Assembly: GCA_045592985.1 (NCBI GenBank)
Contig: JAZNVU010000041.1
Location: 76,557-140,556, forward strand
Reading direction: 5' to 3'
Origin: Acutalibacteraceae bacterium
Lineage (GTDB): Bacteria > Bacillota > Clostridia > Oscillospirales > Acutalibacteraceae
Length of the DNA stretch: 64,000 bases
The position numbers were made by a program, and so were the translations under genes. Below are positions 38,987 to 48,600 of the stretch, in pieces. The notes beneath the pieces were generated by a model. It was not told the origin of the DNA. It searched no databases and saw only the letters and a list, made by a program, of their open reading frames with translations. Positions within the stretch are counted from its first letter, which is position 1. Every line of letters begins with the position of its first letter.

Positions 38987-39667
38987 TCACCCTTTGTTCA
39001 ACTGCTGTTTGACGGCTTCTTCCATGGCAACAACAGCCTGCTCTAAGTCTTTATCGGTTGTATCAACCAGCACAGCGCCTTCTGCCTGCTTTAAGGGTGC
39101 AACCTCGCGGTGAGAATCACGGTAGTCGCGGTCTTTTATATCGGCAAGCACTTCGTCATAATTTGCCTCTATGCCTTTTTCTTTAAGTTCTATATATCTT
39201 CTTCTTGCACGTTCTTCAGGAGATGCAGTAAGGAAGATTTTAACCTTGGCATTAGGCAAAACAACGGTAGCGATATCGCGTCCGTCCATAACAACGCTGT
39301 TTTCCTCGGCAAGACGGCGTTGCAACCCTAAAAGGTATGCTCTGACCTCAGGGATAGCCGAAGTAACCGATGCCACGTTAGAAACCTCGGGTGTACGGAT
39401 AAAACTCGAAACATCTTCGTTATCAAGCAAAACAATCTGTGTATCACCCTTATAAGCGATATCAACCCTTATGGTCTCAAGATGTGCAACAACCGTAGCA
39501 ACATCGTTGTAGTCTTTTCCGCTTTTGAGAAGGCTGTAAGCAATCGTTCTGTACAAAGCACCTGTATCGACATAAATACAGCCAAGTTTCACAGCCAACC
39601 TTTTGGCTATGGTACTTTTGCCTGCTCCTGCAGGTCCGTCAATGGCAATAGAAATGTGTTCGTTCAT
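38987..39667 (-). CDS. cmk: cytidylate kinase
   Basis: 226 aa. P-loop IAIDGPAGAGKST. cmk-rpsA synteny. Confidence 0.92.
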   Translation of the reverse strand: MNEHISIAIDGPAGAGKSTIAKRLAVKLGCIYVDTGALYRTIAYSLLKSGKDYNDVATVVAHLETIRVDIAYKGDTQIVLLDNEDVSSFIRTPEVSNVASVTSAIPEVRAYLLGLQRRLAEENSVVMDGRDIATVVLPNAKVKIFLTASPEERARRRYIELKEKGIEANYDEVLADIKDRDYRDSHREVAPLKQAEGAVLVDTTDKDLEQAVVAMEEAVKQQLNKG

Positions 39668-39682
39668 AAAACTTCCTCCAAA

Positions 39683-40909
39683 TTATATACCCATTCCTGC
39701 GGTGTAACCCGTAGAAAAAGCAATTTGCAAATTAAATCCTCCGGTAAAAGCATCGACATCAAGTACTTCACCTGCAAAAAATAATCCCTTGACTATCTTT
39801 GACTGCATGGTTTTAGGGTCGATTTCTTTTAAACTTACCCCACCTTTTGTAACAATAGCTTCGTCAATCGGTCTGAAATCCGTAATGGTCAAGGTGAGAT
39901 TTTTCAATATGTCAACAAGTTTTTCGCGTTGCTCTTTGGTTATTTGATTTACCTTGGCTGACGGTTTTATACCGCTTAATTTAACCACCACCGGCACCAT
40001 TTTCCTCGGCAACAAATCGCACAGCGAGTTTATGTAATCGCGGTTGCTGTACTTTGCAAAATCACGCAAAATTCTTTCGTCAAGTTTAGCGTTATCGAGC
40101 GCAGGCTTTAGGTCTATTGATATTTTGTACTGACATTTTTGGGGTTCTTTTATAAAAGCCGATGCACTAAGCACAGTAGGACCTGACAGACCGTAGTGGG
40201 TAAACATAAGTTCACCAAAATCCTCATAAACTGCCTTTGTACTGTCGCCTTTGAACACCTTAACTTGAATGTTTTTAAGGCTTAAACCCTGCAGTTCGGA
40301 ACACCAACCCTCTTTAACCACTAACGGGACTAAAGACGGAGACAATTCGGTCACGGTATGCCCTGCCTGTTTTGCCAAATCATAACCGTCACCGGTTGAG
40401 CCTGTCTGCGGGTATGAAATGCCACCTGTTGCAACAATTACCGCCTCGGCAGGAATTTTTGTGCCATCAGACAACACGACACCTCTTATTTCGTTGCCAA
40501 AAATCTGCAGTTCGGTAACACGTCCGTGAACAAATTCACACCCTGCACGTTTTACGGCATTTACCAAAGCGTCAACAATATCTACCGATTTGTCGGACAA
40601 AGGAAAAACGCGGTTTCCTCTCTCGGTTTTAAGCGCAACACCGCGGTCTTCAAAAAAAGCCTTGGTATCCTCAGCCGAAAAGTTATTAAACGCCGAATAA
40701 AGAAACCTACCGTCACCAGTAACCGCAGCAATAAGCCCTTTTATGTCGGTATCGTTGGTGACGTTGCACCTGCCCTTTCCGGTTATCATAACTTTACGCG
40801 CCGGGCGTTCGTTTCTTTCAATCAAAGTGACCCTTGCGCCCTGCTCGGCAGCTTTAAAAGCCGCCATAAGTCCTGCCGCACCGCCACCTACAACAACTAC
40901 TCTTTTCAA
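39683..40909 (-). CDS. NAD(P)/FAD-dependent oxidoreductase, YhiN/BaiN (HI0933-like) family
   Basis: 408 aa. N-terminal VVVVGGGAAGLMAA dinucleotide fold and C-terminal GLFFAGEVLDVDAFTGGFNLQIAFSTG. Confidence 0.8.
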   Translation of the reverse strand: MKRVVVVGGGAAGLMAAFKAAEQGARVTLIERNERPARKVMITGKGRCNVTNDTDIKGLIAAVTGDGRFLYSAFNNFSAEDTKAFFEDRGVALKTERGNRVFPLSDKSVDIVDALVNAVKRAGCEFVHGRVTELQIFGNEIRGVVLSDGTKIPAEAVIVATGGISYPQTGSTGDGYDLAKQAGHTVTELSPSLVPLVVKEGWCSELQGLSLKNIQVKVFKGDSTKAVYEDFGELMFTHYGLSGPTVLSASAFIKEPQKCQYKISIDLKPALDNAKLDERILRDFAKYSNRDYINSLCDLLPRKMVPVVVKLSGIKPSAKVNQITKEQREKLVDILKNLTLTITDFRPIDEAIVTKGGVSLKEIDPKTMQSKIVKGLFFAGEVLDVDAFTGGFNLQIAFSTGYTAGMGI

Positions 40910-41574
40910 TCCTCTTTGTTCCTCTGTTTTTGCTTTCTTATTACTAAAATGAAAATAATATTAATGAACAATACAACACCATTTACTGATGCCACCGTAA
41001 TAAGCACCGGTATCTGTGCCTTGAGGATTTTGTCAAGTTCCCCATAACGGTTAAGGTACCATGCGCTTTCTTCTATACATTTGTCGCGGTTTTTTTCAAA
41101 CTCGGCAGCAAACTTTAAATTTCCTTTTTCGGTTTCTTCAATTCTAAGTTGTTCAAAACGCTCTGCTTCACGCAGATTAAAATGATATCCTGCATTTAAA
41201 GCACCGTTTCTTTCGTAATAGGTGCTAATCGTTCTAATACCCACTACAGCAGTTACAACAAAACACACGACAAGAATAATCGATAAAACAGCACCCAAAA
41301 CGCCCCTTTTGAAGAGGTTCTGTTTGGCACTTTGCAAATTTTCTTTAACAACCTCTAAAGCCGAAGGCTCGTCTTCAAAAACGGTTTCGTGCCGTCCTTT
41401 AACCGAGACCAAAATGAAATTGGATATGACCAAACCAACCGCGCCTACAAAAAACCAGATAATTGCCCCGTCTTTACCAAGACCCATAAGTGCAAAAGTT
41501 ACAACCATAAGCACAATACTTATTGCAGCAAGGCTGACTCCGATAATATAACGTATATCCTTTTTGTAGTTCAC
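40906..41574 (-). CDS. hypothetical membrane protein
   Basis: 222 aa with about 4 TM helices and a central coiled region. The stop/start overlaps the yhiN-like gene. Confidence 0.5.
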   Translation of the reverse strand: MNYKKDIRYIIGVSLAAISIVLMVVTFALMGLGKDGAIIWFFVGAVGLVISNFILVSVKGRHETVFEDEPSALEVVKENLQSAKQNLFKRGVLGAVLSIILVVCFVVTAVVGIRTISTYYERNGALNAGYHFNLREAERFEQLRIEETEKGNLKFAAEFEKNRDKCIEESAWYLNRYGELDKILKAQIPVLITVASVNGVVLFINIIFILVIRKQKQRNKED

Positions 41575-41716
41575 AGTTCGTCATCTCCATTTCGATTAAC
41601 TAATTTATTTTATCACATTTTAAAGCAAAACGGAAGTATTATTTACGTATTTTACATACAGTTTACACTTTGAATAATAAAAATGTTAAAATTGAAACGA
41701 AATAGGGAAAAATATA

Positions 41717-41745
41717 TTGTATATCGAACAAAAGTTTGATACAAT
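41717..41745 (+). promoter_or_regulatory. sigma-A promoter with an embedded LexA (SOS/Cheo) box
   Basis: TTGTAT (41717-41722), a 17-nt spacer and TACAAT (41740-41745). The spacer contains CGAAC-AAAA-GTTTG (41725-41738), which differs at one position from GAAC-N4-GTTC. Confidence 0.6.
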
Positions 41746-41781
41746 ATTATAAATAAACACACATTGTATGGAGTGTAATAT

Positions 41782-42447
41782 ATGGATAAAATAACTATAA
41801 AAGACCTTTACTCAATTGAAAACACCATTGCAACAGCGATTTTCGATGGTTGCACCTATCCTTGGGAGGTTCTTCCCAAAATCAAGAATTTTATTTTGGA
41901 ACTTGGCAAAACGCTTGACCCTGAAAAATTTGAATACAAAGGAAATGATGTCTGGGTAGCCAAATCGGCTGTTGTATTCCCCAGCGCATATATTGCAGGG
42001 CCTTGTATTATCGACGAAAATGCTGAAATTCGCCATTGCGCGTTCATTCGCGGAAGCGCCATTATCGGTAAAGGCTCAGTTGTCGGCAACTCGACCGAAG
42101 TTAAAAACGCTCTTATTTTCGATAGCGTTCAGGTTCCCCACTACAACTATGTTGGAGATTCTGTTTTGGGATATAAATCTCATCTCGGTGCGGGTGCTGT
42201 AACCTCTAATGTTAAATCCGATAAAACGCTTGTTAAGGTATGGGAAAACGAAAACCGTATCGAAACAGGGCTTAAAAAATTCGGTGCTATGGTAGGCGAC
42301 GGAGTCGAAGTAGGTTGCGGTTCGGTGCTTAATCCGGGCACTGTAATCGGCAAAAACTCCAACGTATACCCTCTCTCTTCAGTAAGAGGTACCGTTCCCG
42401 CCAACTCTATTTACAAAAAGCGCGGCGATATCGTTGAAAAGTATTAA
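41782..42447 (+). CDS. left-handed beta-helix (hexapeptide) acyltransferase, GlmU C-terminal-domain-like
   Basis: 221 aa. Hexapeptide repeats (IRGSAIIGKGSVVGNSTEVKNALIFDSVQV..., GAMVGDGVEVGCGSVLNPGTVIG). No nucleotidyltransferase domain. Confidence 0.7.
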   Translation: MDKITIKDLYSIENTIATAIFDGCTYPWEVLPKIKNFILELGKTLDPEKFEYKGNDVWVAKSAVVFPSAYIAGPCIIDENAEIRHCAFIRGSAIIGKGSVVGNSTEVKNALIFDSVQVPHYNYVGDSVLGYKSHLGAGAVTSNVKSDKTLVKVWENENRIETGLKKFGAMVGDGVEVGCGSVLNPGTVIGKNSNVYPLSSVRGTVPANSIYKKRGDIVEKY

Positions 42448-42461
42448 TTCGAGGTAACGTA

Positions 42462-43013
42462 ATGGAAGTATGGGATGTCCTTGATAAAAACGGCGTCCCT
42501 ACCGGCAAAACCGTAGTCCGAAAAAGAGTGTGCCTGCAAAAAGGCGAATATCACCTTGTGGTTCACATTTGGATATTAGGTTCTGACGGTAGGGTACTTA
42601 TTCAACGCCGAAGCTTTGATAAACCGCTTATGCCCGGTGAATGGGCTGCCATAGGCGGCAGTGCGCTTTCGGGAGAAACTGCCTGCACCGCAGCTAAACG
42701 CGAATTGTTTGAGGAAATGGGTATCGATGTCGAACCCGACGAACTTAAACTTATTCGCCGAATGGTGCGAAAAAATTCAATACTTAACATATTTCTGGTT
42801 TGTTGTGACACACCTGTTTCAGAATTGACTTTGCAGGAATCGGAAGTCAGTGAAGCCAAGTGGGTGCACCGCAACAAATTAAGACAAATGATAAAATGCG
42901 GTGATTTTCACAACTACGGCAAGGAGTATTTTGACACGGTTTTCGGCGCTTTTGACCGCAAATCGGCGTTAAGACGGAGAAGAAAAAGATATGAACGAAG
43001 AAACAAAAAATAA
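42462..43013 (+). CDS. NUDIX hydrolase
   Basis: 183 aa. Nudix box GGSALSGETACTAAKRELFEEMGI. Basic C-terminal tail. Confidence 0.85.
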   Translation: MEVWDVLDKNGVPTGKTVVRKRVCLQKGEYHLVVHIWILGSDGRVLIQRRSFDKPLMPGEWAAIGGSALSGETACTAAKRELFEEMGIDVEPDELKLIRRMVRKNSILNIFLVCCDTPVSELTLQESEVSEAKWVHRNKLRQMIKCGDFHNYGKEYFDTVFGAFDRKSALRRRRKRYERRNKK

Positions 43014-43947
43014 TCAATGTCAGATTTGTCACAGTTATTTATTTGAAGATGACGATATAGTTATCTGCCCCGAATGTGGCGCACCGCACCATCGCGATTG
43101 CTGGCAAACTGTTGGTCATTGCGGTGTTGCACAAGACCACGGCACCGACAACCAATACGACAAGATTAAAAAAGCCGAGAAAGAAGCAGAAGCAAATCAA
43201 AACAACTCGGTTACCGAACGCAAGTGTAGATTTTGCGGAAGAACTTCCAAAACCGAAGGTGCTGAGTTTTGTCCCTACTGCGGTCAGCCGTATGAAGGCC
43301 CCGGAATACATCACCCACATCCGTTTGTAGTGAACGGTTCTGCTGTAAACTTTGACCCGCTGGGTGGTGTGCCAAAAGACACCTTGATTGAAGGCGTTAC
43401 CGCAGGTGACATTGCTACCTTCGTTGGCAACAATTCCCACAGGTACGTGAACAAATTCAAAACTCTTAACAAAGGTAATAAAAATTCCTGGAACTGGCTG
43501 GCTTTCCTTTTTCCTTCTGCATTTTGTCTGTCACGAAAAATGTATTCAAACGGAATATTGTTCTTAATTTTATCCATCGCCGCCAACCTTTGTTTTGTTC
43601 CGTTTAACCAAACCTTAGCATCTTTGGGCGACGTTGCAAAAATGACTCAAGACCAGCTTGTTACGCTCGCTACCGAAAACATTTCAGCCTTTACACCGCT
43701 TATTTGGATAATGTGTGCCGTCGGAACAGTGCTGTTTATTTTACCTCACATCATCTGCGGAATCAGAAGTGACTGGATGTACCGAAATTATGTAATCACA
43801 AAAATCAAAGCTATTAAAGCAAACAAGGATATCGACGATTACGACGAAACATTACAGGTTAAAGGTTCTGTTAGTTTTACGCTTATGTTTGTTGCATTCC
43901 TTGCCGAACAGTATTTGCCTGTTATTTTAACAAGCTTTCTATGGTGA
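42991..43947 (+). CDS. membrane protein with an N-terminal RING/PHD-like zinc finger, a second zinc ribbon and a DUF2628-like TM domain
   Basis: 318 aa. CQICHSYLFEDDDIVICPECGAPHHRDCWQTVGHC, then CRFCGRTSKTEGAEFCPYCG, then NSWNWLAFLFPSAFCLSRKMYSNG and three further TM helices. A GGAGAAG RBS precedes the start. Overlaps the NUDIX gene by 23 nt. Confidence 0.7.
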   Translation: MNEETKNNQCQICHSYLFEDDDIVICPECGAPHHRDCWQTVGHCGVAQDHGTDNQYDKIKKAEKEAEANQNNSVTERKCRFCGRTSKTEGAEFCPYCGQPYEGPGIHHPHPFVVNGSAVNFDPLGGVPKDTLIEGVTAGDIATFVGNNSHRYVNKFKTLNKGNKNSWNWLAFLFPSAFCLSRKMYSNGILFLILSIAANLCFVPFNQTLASLGDVAKMTQDQLVTLATENISAFTPLIWIMCAVGTVLFILPHIICGIRSDWMYRNYVITKIKAIKANKDIDDYDETLQVKGSVSFTLMFVAFLAEQYLPVILTSFLW

Positions 43948-43978
43948 TATTTTCAATAGTTAAAAGAGGTGATCCGTC

Positions 43979-44575
43979 GTGTCACGACATAAACTTTCAG
44001 ATAATCAGTCACGTGTTTACGCATATCTCGTAAAAACATTGGCAAGTTCAATACCGCCCACTGTCCGCGAAATCTGCGCCGCTACAGGAATTAAGTCGAC
44101 CTCTACTGTTCACAGCATACTGTCTTCTTTAGAGGAACAAGGCTACATAACACGCGATGCAAAATTTTCGCGTTCTATAAGGATTGCGGGCAGCTCTGAT
44201 TCCGCTATGGTCCCTGTACTCGGTAAAGTCACCGCAGGTCAACCCATACTTGCTGTTGAGGAAATAGAGAGTTACATTCCCTACCCTATTTCTGCCGAAT
44301 CTCCCGATAGTCTTTTTGCACTTAGAGTTTCAGGGCTTAGCATGCGCGACGCAGGTATTCTTGACGGTGATATTATTGTTGCCGATAAAAATTCCTACAG
44401 CAGTAACGGAGATATTGTTGTTGCTTTGATTGAAGAAGAAGCAACCGTTAAAAGATTAGTGGCGGAGCACGGCAAAAAACCTTATTTGATGCCTGAAAAT
44501 CCCGATTTTGACCCTATTTATCCCGAAAATATGGAAATTTTGGGCAGAGTAATAGGTAGTTTCAGAAAGTATTAA
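43979..44575 (+). CDS. lexA: LexA repressor
   Basis: 198 aa with a GTG start. Winged-helix N-terminal domain, Ala-Gly cleavage site (GKVTAGQP), catalytic Ser (VSGLSM) and Lys (ATVKRL). Confidence 0.92.
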   Translation: MSRHKLSDNQSRVYAYLVKTLASSIPPTVREICAATGIKSTSTVHSILSSLEEQGYITRDAKFSRSIRIAGSSDSAMVPVLGKVTAGQPILAVEEIESYIPYPISAESPDSLFALRVSGLSMRDAGILDGDIIVADKNSYSSNGDIVVALIEEEATVKRLVAEHGKKPYLMPENPDFDPIYPENMEILGRVIGSFRKY

Positions 44576-44579
44576 AGTT

Positions 44580-45029
44580 ATGAAAAAAGTTGAGATTTTT
44601 ACTGACGGAGCATGCTCCGGCAATCCCGGTCCGGGTGGTTGGGGAGCAATTTTGCGTTACGGAACAAACGAAAAAGAACTTTCGGGTGGAGAAGAAAACA
44701 CTACCAACAACCGAATGGAACTGACTGCATGTATAATGGCACTATCAGCTCTTAAGGTTCCTTGTGAAGTAACATTAACTACCGATTCACAGTATGTTGT
44801 CAACGGTATAACAAAAGGTTGGGCTGCTTCATGGCGCAGCAACGGTTGGATTAAAGGTGATAAAAAACCTGCCCTTAATCCGGATTTATGGGAACAACTT
44901 TTGGATTTAACCGAAACGCATAATGTGACCTTTAACTGGATAAAAGGACATGCAGGACACCCTGAAAATGAACGGTGCGATGCACTTGCTGTTGAATTTT
45001 ATAAAAACTTGCAAAAGACCGACTTGTAA
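44580..45029 (+). CDS. rnhA: ribonuclease HI
   Basis: 149 aa. [22 protein letters not shown] and [15 protein letters not shown] motifs. Confidence 0.92.
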   Translation: MKKVEIFTDGACSGNPGPGGWGAILRYGTNEKELSGGEENTTNNRMELTACIMALSALKVPCEVTLTTDSQYVVNGITKGWAASWRSNGWIKGDKKPALNPDLWEQLLDLTETHNVTFNWIKGHAGHPENERCDALAVEFYKNLQKTDL

Positions 45030-45043
45030 TGTCGGTCTTTTTA
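45014..45043 (+). terminator. intrinsic terminator of the lexA-rnhA operon
   Basis: AAAGACCGAC-TTGTAAT-GTCGGTCTTT followed by TT. The rnhA stop codon lies in the loop. Confidence 0.75.
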
Positions 45044-45052
45044 TGTTAGAAT
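45024..45052 (+). promoter_or_regulatory. candidate queT promoter
   Basis: TTGTAA, 17 nt, TAGAAT. Confidence 0.45.
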
Positions 45053-45058
45053 ATCAAA

Positions 45059-45120
45059 AGTCAGTTCGCAAAATCCTGACTTAGAGTATTTGCTCTAAAA
45101 TCAAAACTACGGAGGAATTT
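45059..45120 (+). promoter_or_regulatory. candidate preQ1-responsive leader (riboswitch class unresolved)
   Basis: Hairpin AGUCAG-UUCGCAAAAUC-CUGACU, a second small hairpin UAGAG-UAUUUG-CUCUA, then the A-rich tail AAAAUCAAAACUAC running into the GGAGG SD. The tail and the UUCGCA loop resemble preQ1-I aptamers. The downstream gene is queT. Confidence 0.45.
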
Positions 45121-45123
45121 AAT

Positions 45124-45636
45124 ATGAAAAATAAGCCAAACTCAGCGCGGTACATAATTACCTCCGCGCTTATAGCGTCGCTTTATACGGCACTAACACT
45201 TGTGTCATCCGCTTTCGGACTAGCATATTCAGGACTGCAATTCCGATTATCGGAGGCTTTGAACATCCTCGCGGCGTTTACGCCAGCCGCAATACCGGGA
45301 CTTACAATCGGCTGCATTATCAGTAATCTGACCAGTCCCTTCGGTATAATCGATATTGTACTTGGTGCCACTGCAACTTTGATATCCGCTTTGTCTATAT
45401 CGGCTATTTCGAAAATGAAAACTAAGTATGTTCCTGTTATCATGTCAATCCCACCAGCAGTTTTAAATGGATTTGTTGTAGGACTTGAAACTGTACTGTT
45501 TGCAACCGATAACGCAGGTTTTTCTCTTTTTTTAATATCTTCTGCTCAGGTTTTTGTGAGTGAAATTGTCATCTGTTGTTTGTTGGGTATTCCACTTTAT
45601 AATTTGCTGAAATCTAAATTCAACAATATATTCTAA
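45124..45636 (+). CDS. queT: queuosine-precursor transporter QueT (ECF S-component-like)
   Basis: 170 aa, 5-6 TM helices. RYIITSALIASLYTALTLV...LQFRLSEALNILA is typical of the QueT family. Confidence 0.8.
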   Translation: MKNKPNSARYIITSALIASLYTALTLVSSAFGLAYSGLQFRLSEALNILAAFTPAAIPGLTIGCIISNLTSPFGIIDIVLGATATLISALSISAISKMKTKYVPVIMSIPPAVLNGFVVGLETVLFATDNAGFSLFLISSAQVFVSEIVICCLLGIPLYNLLKSKFNNIF

Positions 45637-45670
45637 TAAAAAAGCGCTTCGGTTGTCCGAAGCGCTTTAA
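45634..45670. terminator. bidirectional terminator between convergent queT and the surface-protein gene
   Basis: AAAGCGCTTCGG-TTGT-CCGAAGCGCTTT (12 bp), flanked by an A-run and a T-run. Confidence 0.8.
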
Positions 45671-45685
45671 TTATATTATAGGAGA

Positions 45686-48600
45686 TTATTTCGCGAAAAC
45701 TTTCTTACCGGTGATAAGAAGTGCGCCGGCAGAGAGAATGATAACTGCGAGGATGATGATGGGGCTTACAGACGAATCTCCGGTAGGAGCAGAGTCAGTA
45801 GAAGCCGAACCGGTGTAACCTTTGAGGGTGATGGATGCATCATCAAAGTACATATCGCAGCCAACGGTAGTACCAATGCCAACGAACGGAGTGGTTGCAA
45901 CGAAGGTGTAGCTAACCTGCTGCCACTCGCCTTCTTTAAGGTCAGAATACTTAATAACAGTACCCATATTCTGAGCAGCAGAAATTCCGGTAAAGGAAGT
46001 CATGCTCATGAGCGAGATAACGCCGGTATCAACAGAGATAGCAGTGGGTTTTACCCAGAACTTCAAGGTATAGGTCTCACCTACATCAAGAGCATAGTCA
46101 TCGCTTCTCATAAGAGTGAAGGTTTTAACGCCTGCGGTTGCTCCGTTACGGAATACCGAGAAAGAACCATGACGGATGTTAGAAGAATCAAATCCTACAG
46201 CAGTGTTGGTGTACAAGGTGTAACCTGCGGCAATACCAAGCTGAACAACGCTGGCGGGGTAATTTTCGAAGTTTTCCTCGATTTTGCCGAGCTGCCACTT
46301 AGCGTGGAGAACAATAGGATCGGCACCGAATTTTGTATCGGTGAATTTGGTAGCAAAAGTATTATCAGTGTACCAACCGATGAACTTATAACCATTCTTC
46401 TTGGGTGTGGGGAGAACGATGGTATCACCCTCATCACCAGAAATTGCATTAACAGCCTTACCGCCATTTACGTTAAAGCGGATAGCAGAACCGTAAATGT
46501 TCATGTCATTTTCAGGACAACTAATAACAACATCGTCAATGTAAAGTGTTGCGTCACCGCTACAGCCGATAGCCATGTAGTTATCGTTAGCGGTAGCACC
46601 AGTAGCAAGAGTTGCATCGAACTCAATAACGCCCTCTGCCCAACCGTTGGTGTTATCACTATAAGCAACTGAACCAGTCTGCTGCTTATATGCTACCCAG
46701 GTACCGCCCTTATTAGAAAGGAATATATAGAATCTACCCTGAGTTTTGAAGTCTTCAACTTTATACTTGAATTTAACTACGTAACGAGCGCCTTCGTAAG
46801 CACGGATGACCTTGCCGGCATCCTGGAACATTGCACGAGCAATCTGCGTAGCACTCTTGTTGGTACCATATTCAAGGCTATGGCTGAGAACCTTATTGCC
46901 GTTTGCCTCAGTGATGATCTTATAACGGTCAGACTTACGGTCGATGTCGGTAATTGTGTAGTCTTCGTAGTCGATAACAACACCGTCGGTCTCCCACTTA
47001 GCAAACAAGGTAAGGCTGGTGGAAGGAGCAGAGTTAACATCGAGAGCTTTGTTAAAGTTGCGGTCAAGATACCATCCAACGAAGGTCTGGTTATCATACT
47101 CGGGATTCTCGGGCATGCCGATAATAGGCTGACCGGGGAATGCAACTATTTTGCCTACATTAGCATCGTACTCTTCAACATTTGTTCTGAAGCTAAGTTC
47201 AACAACGCCTGCTTTAAGATTCCATGCAGCATAAGCATTCATAATACCTGCAGGCATTATGGTAGAAGTTGTAAGATCGTAAGTTGTAGTAACAGCTTCT
47301 TCGCCTTCTCCGGTAGTAACATCATATTTCCAACCGACAAAATCGTATCCGTACTTTGTAGGTGCAGGAAGATCAGCAGGTTTTCTGCCGACTTCAACAG
47401 CGATGGATTCGCACTCGTCACCGCCATTGGATTCAAATACAATAATAGCATCCTCACCGGTGGTAGAATGGGTCTGAACACGAACATTATCGAAGAGGAC
47501 TGCGGTTGCAAATTCTTCAGGACAATTGGTGCTATTGCTCATACCAATACCGATGCTTGAGTAGGTCTCAGCGTCGGAAGTGGCAATGAAAGTATACTTT
47601 GCATGTGCCCAACCTTGTGCTGCATCGTCATCACGATAATCGAACTCGTCAATAACTGTGATAGTTTTTACAGCACCCTTACCATCAGTATTTACATAGT
47701 AAAGGTTAAGTTTTGTGGGGGTTTCACTATGCTCAACGAAATAGTCGAACTCAACTGTGTAGATACCGCCGTTTACCATGGCAAGCTGATCTGCACCGTT
47801 GTTAACAGTGAAATAGTGATGACCGTTCTTAGACTTAGAATGTGTAAGTTTGAAGAACTTATTGGTGTTGTCCTCGTTAGCAAGGATCTCACCACGGGTA
47901 ACGTAACCGTTACCGGTATTGTAGGTGTAATCGTTAGCGTCTACGCTCCACTCGAAGCCGTTGTTATCAACGTCTTCAAAGTCCATAACGTAATCTTCAA
48001 CAACTACCTGGGGAACGTAAGGCTTAATAACGATATCGTCAATATATACCTTACCTCTGTCGTAGTTACCGTCACCGACAGTGAAGAGAAGGTAAGGATA
48101 ACTGGTTACGTTTGCTGCGCTGAGAGTGAAGGAAAGGTTTCCAACAGCCCAATCATCGGTATAATCGAAGTAAGCAGTTGCAATAGATTGTTTGCTGTCC
48201 GAGTTACCGATACCTTCCTGTTTAGTGACATATGCGCTGATTTTTACGCCCTGCTCATAAGGCTGGGTACCCTTAGTAGCCATGTATCTGAAAGAAACGA
48301 TGTACTGGGTATCAGCAGCGCAGGTAACGCCTTTTCCGCTTCCGGGATAAGCCTCGATAGCCGTGTTAATGGTGTTCTTGCCACCTGCAAGCTGGTCGCC
48401 GAGAAGAACTTTGTTGTTGGCATCATGAGGATCGGCTACGATCTGGAATGCACCGAACTGATTGTTACCGAATTTGCCGTTGGGATCGTAAATACCGTTG
48501 GTGTTAGCATCGGTATAATCGAAGGTAGCAACAATACCGTCATACTTTGCGAACAAAGTAGTATCGTTGCCGGCAACGGTTACCTTGTTTGTGAAGTTGA

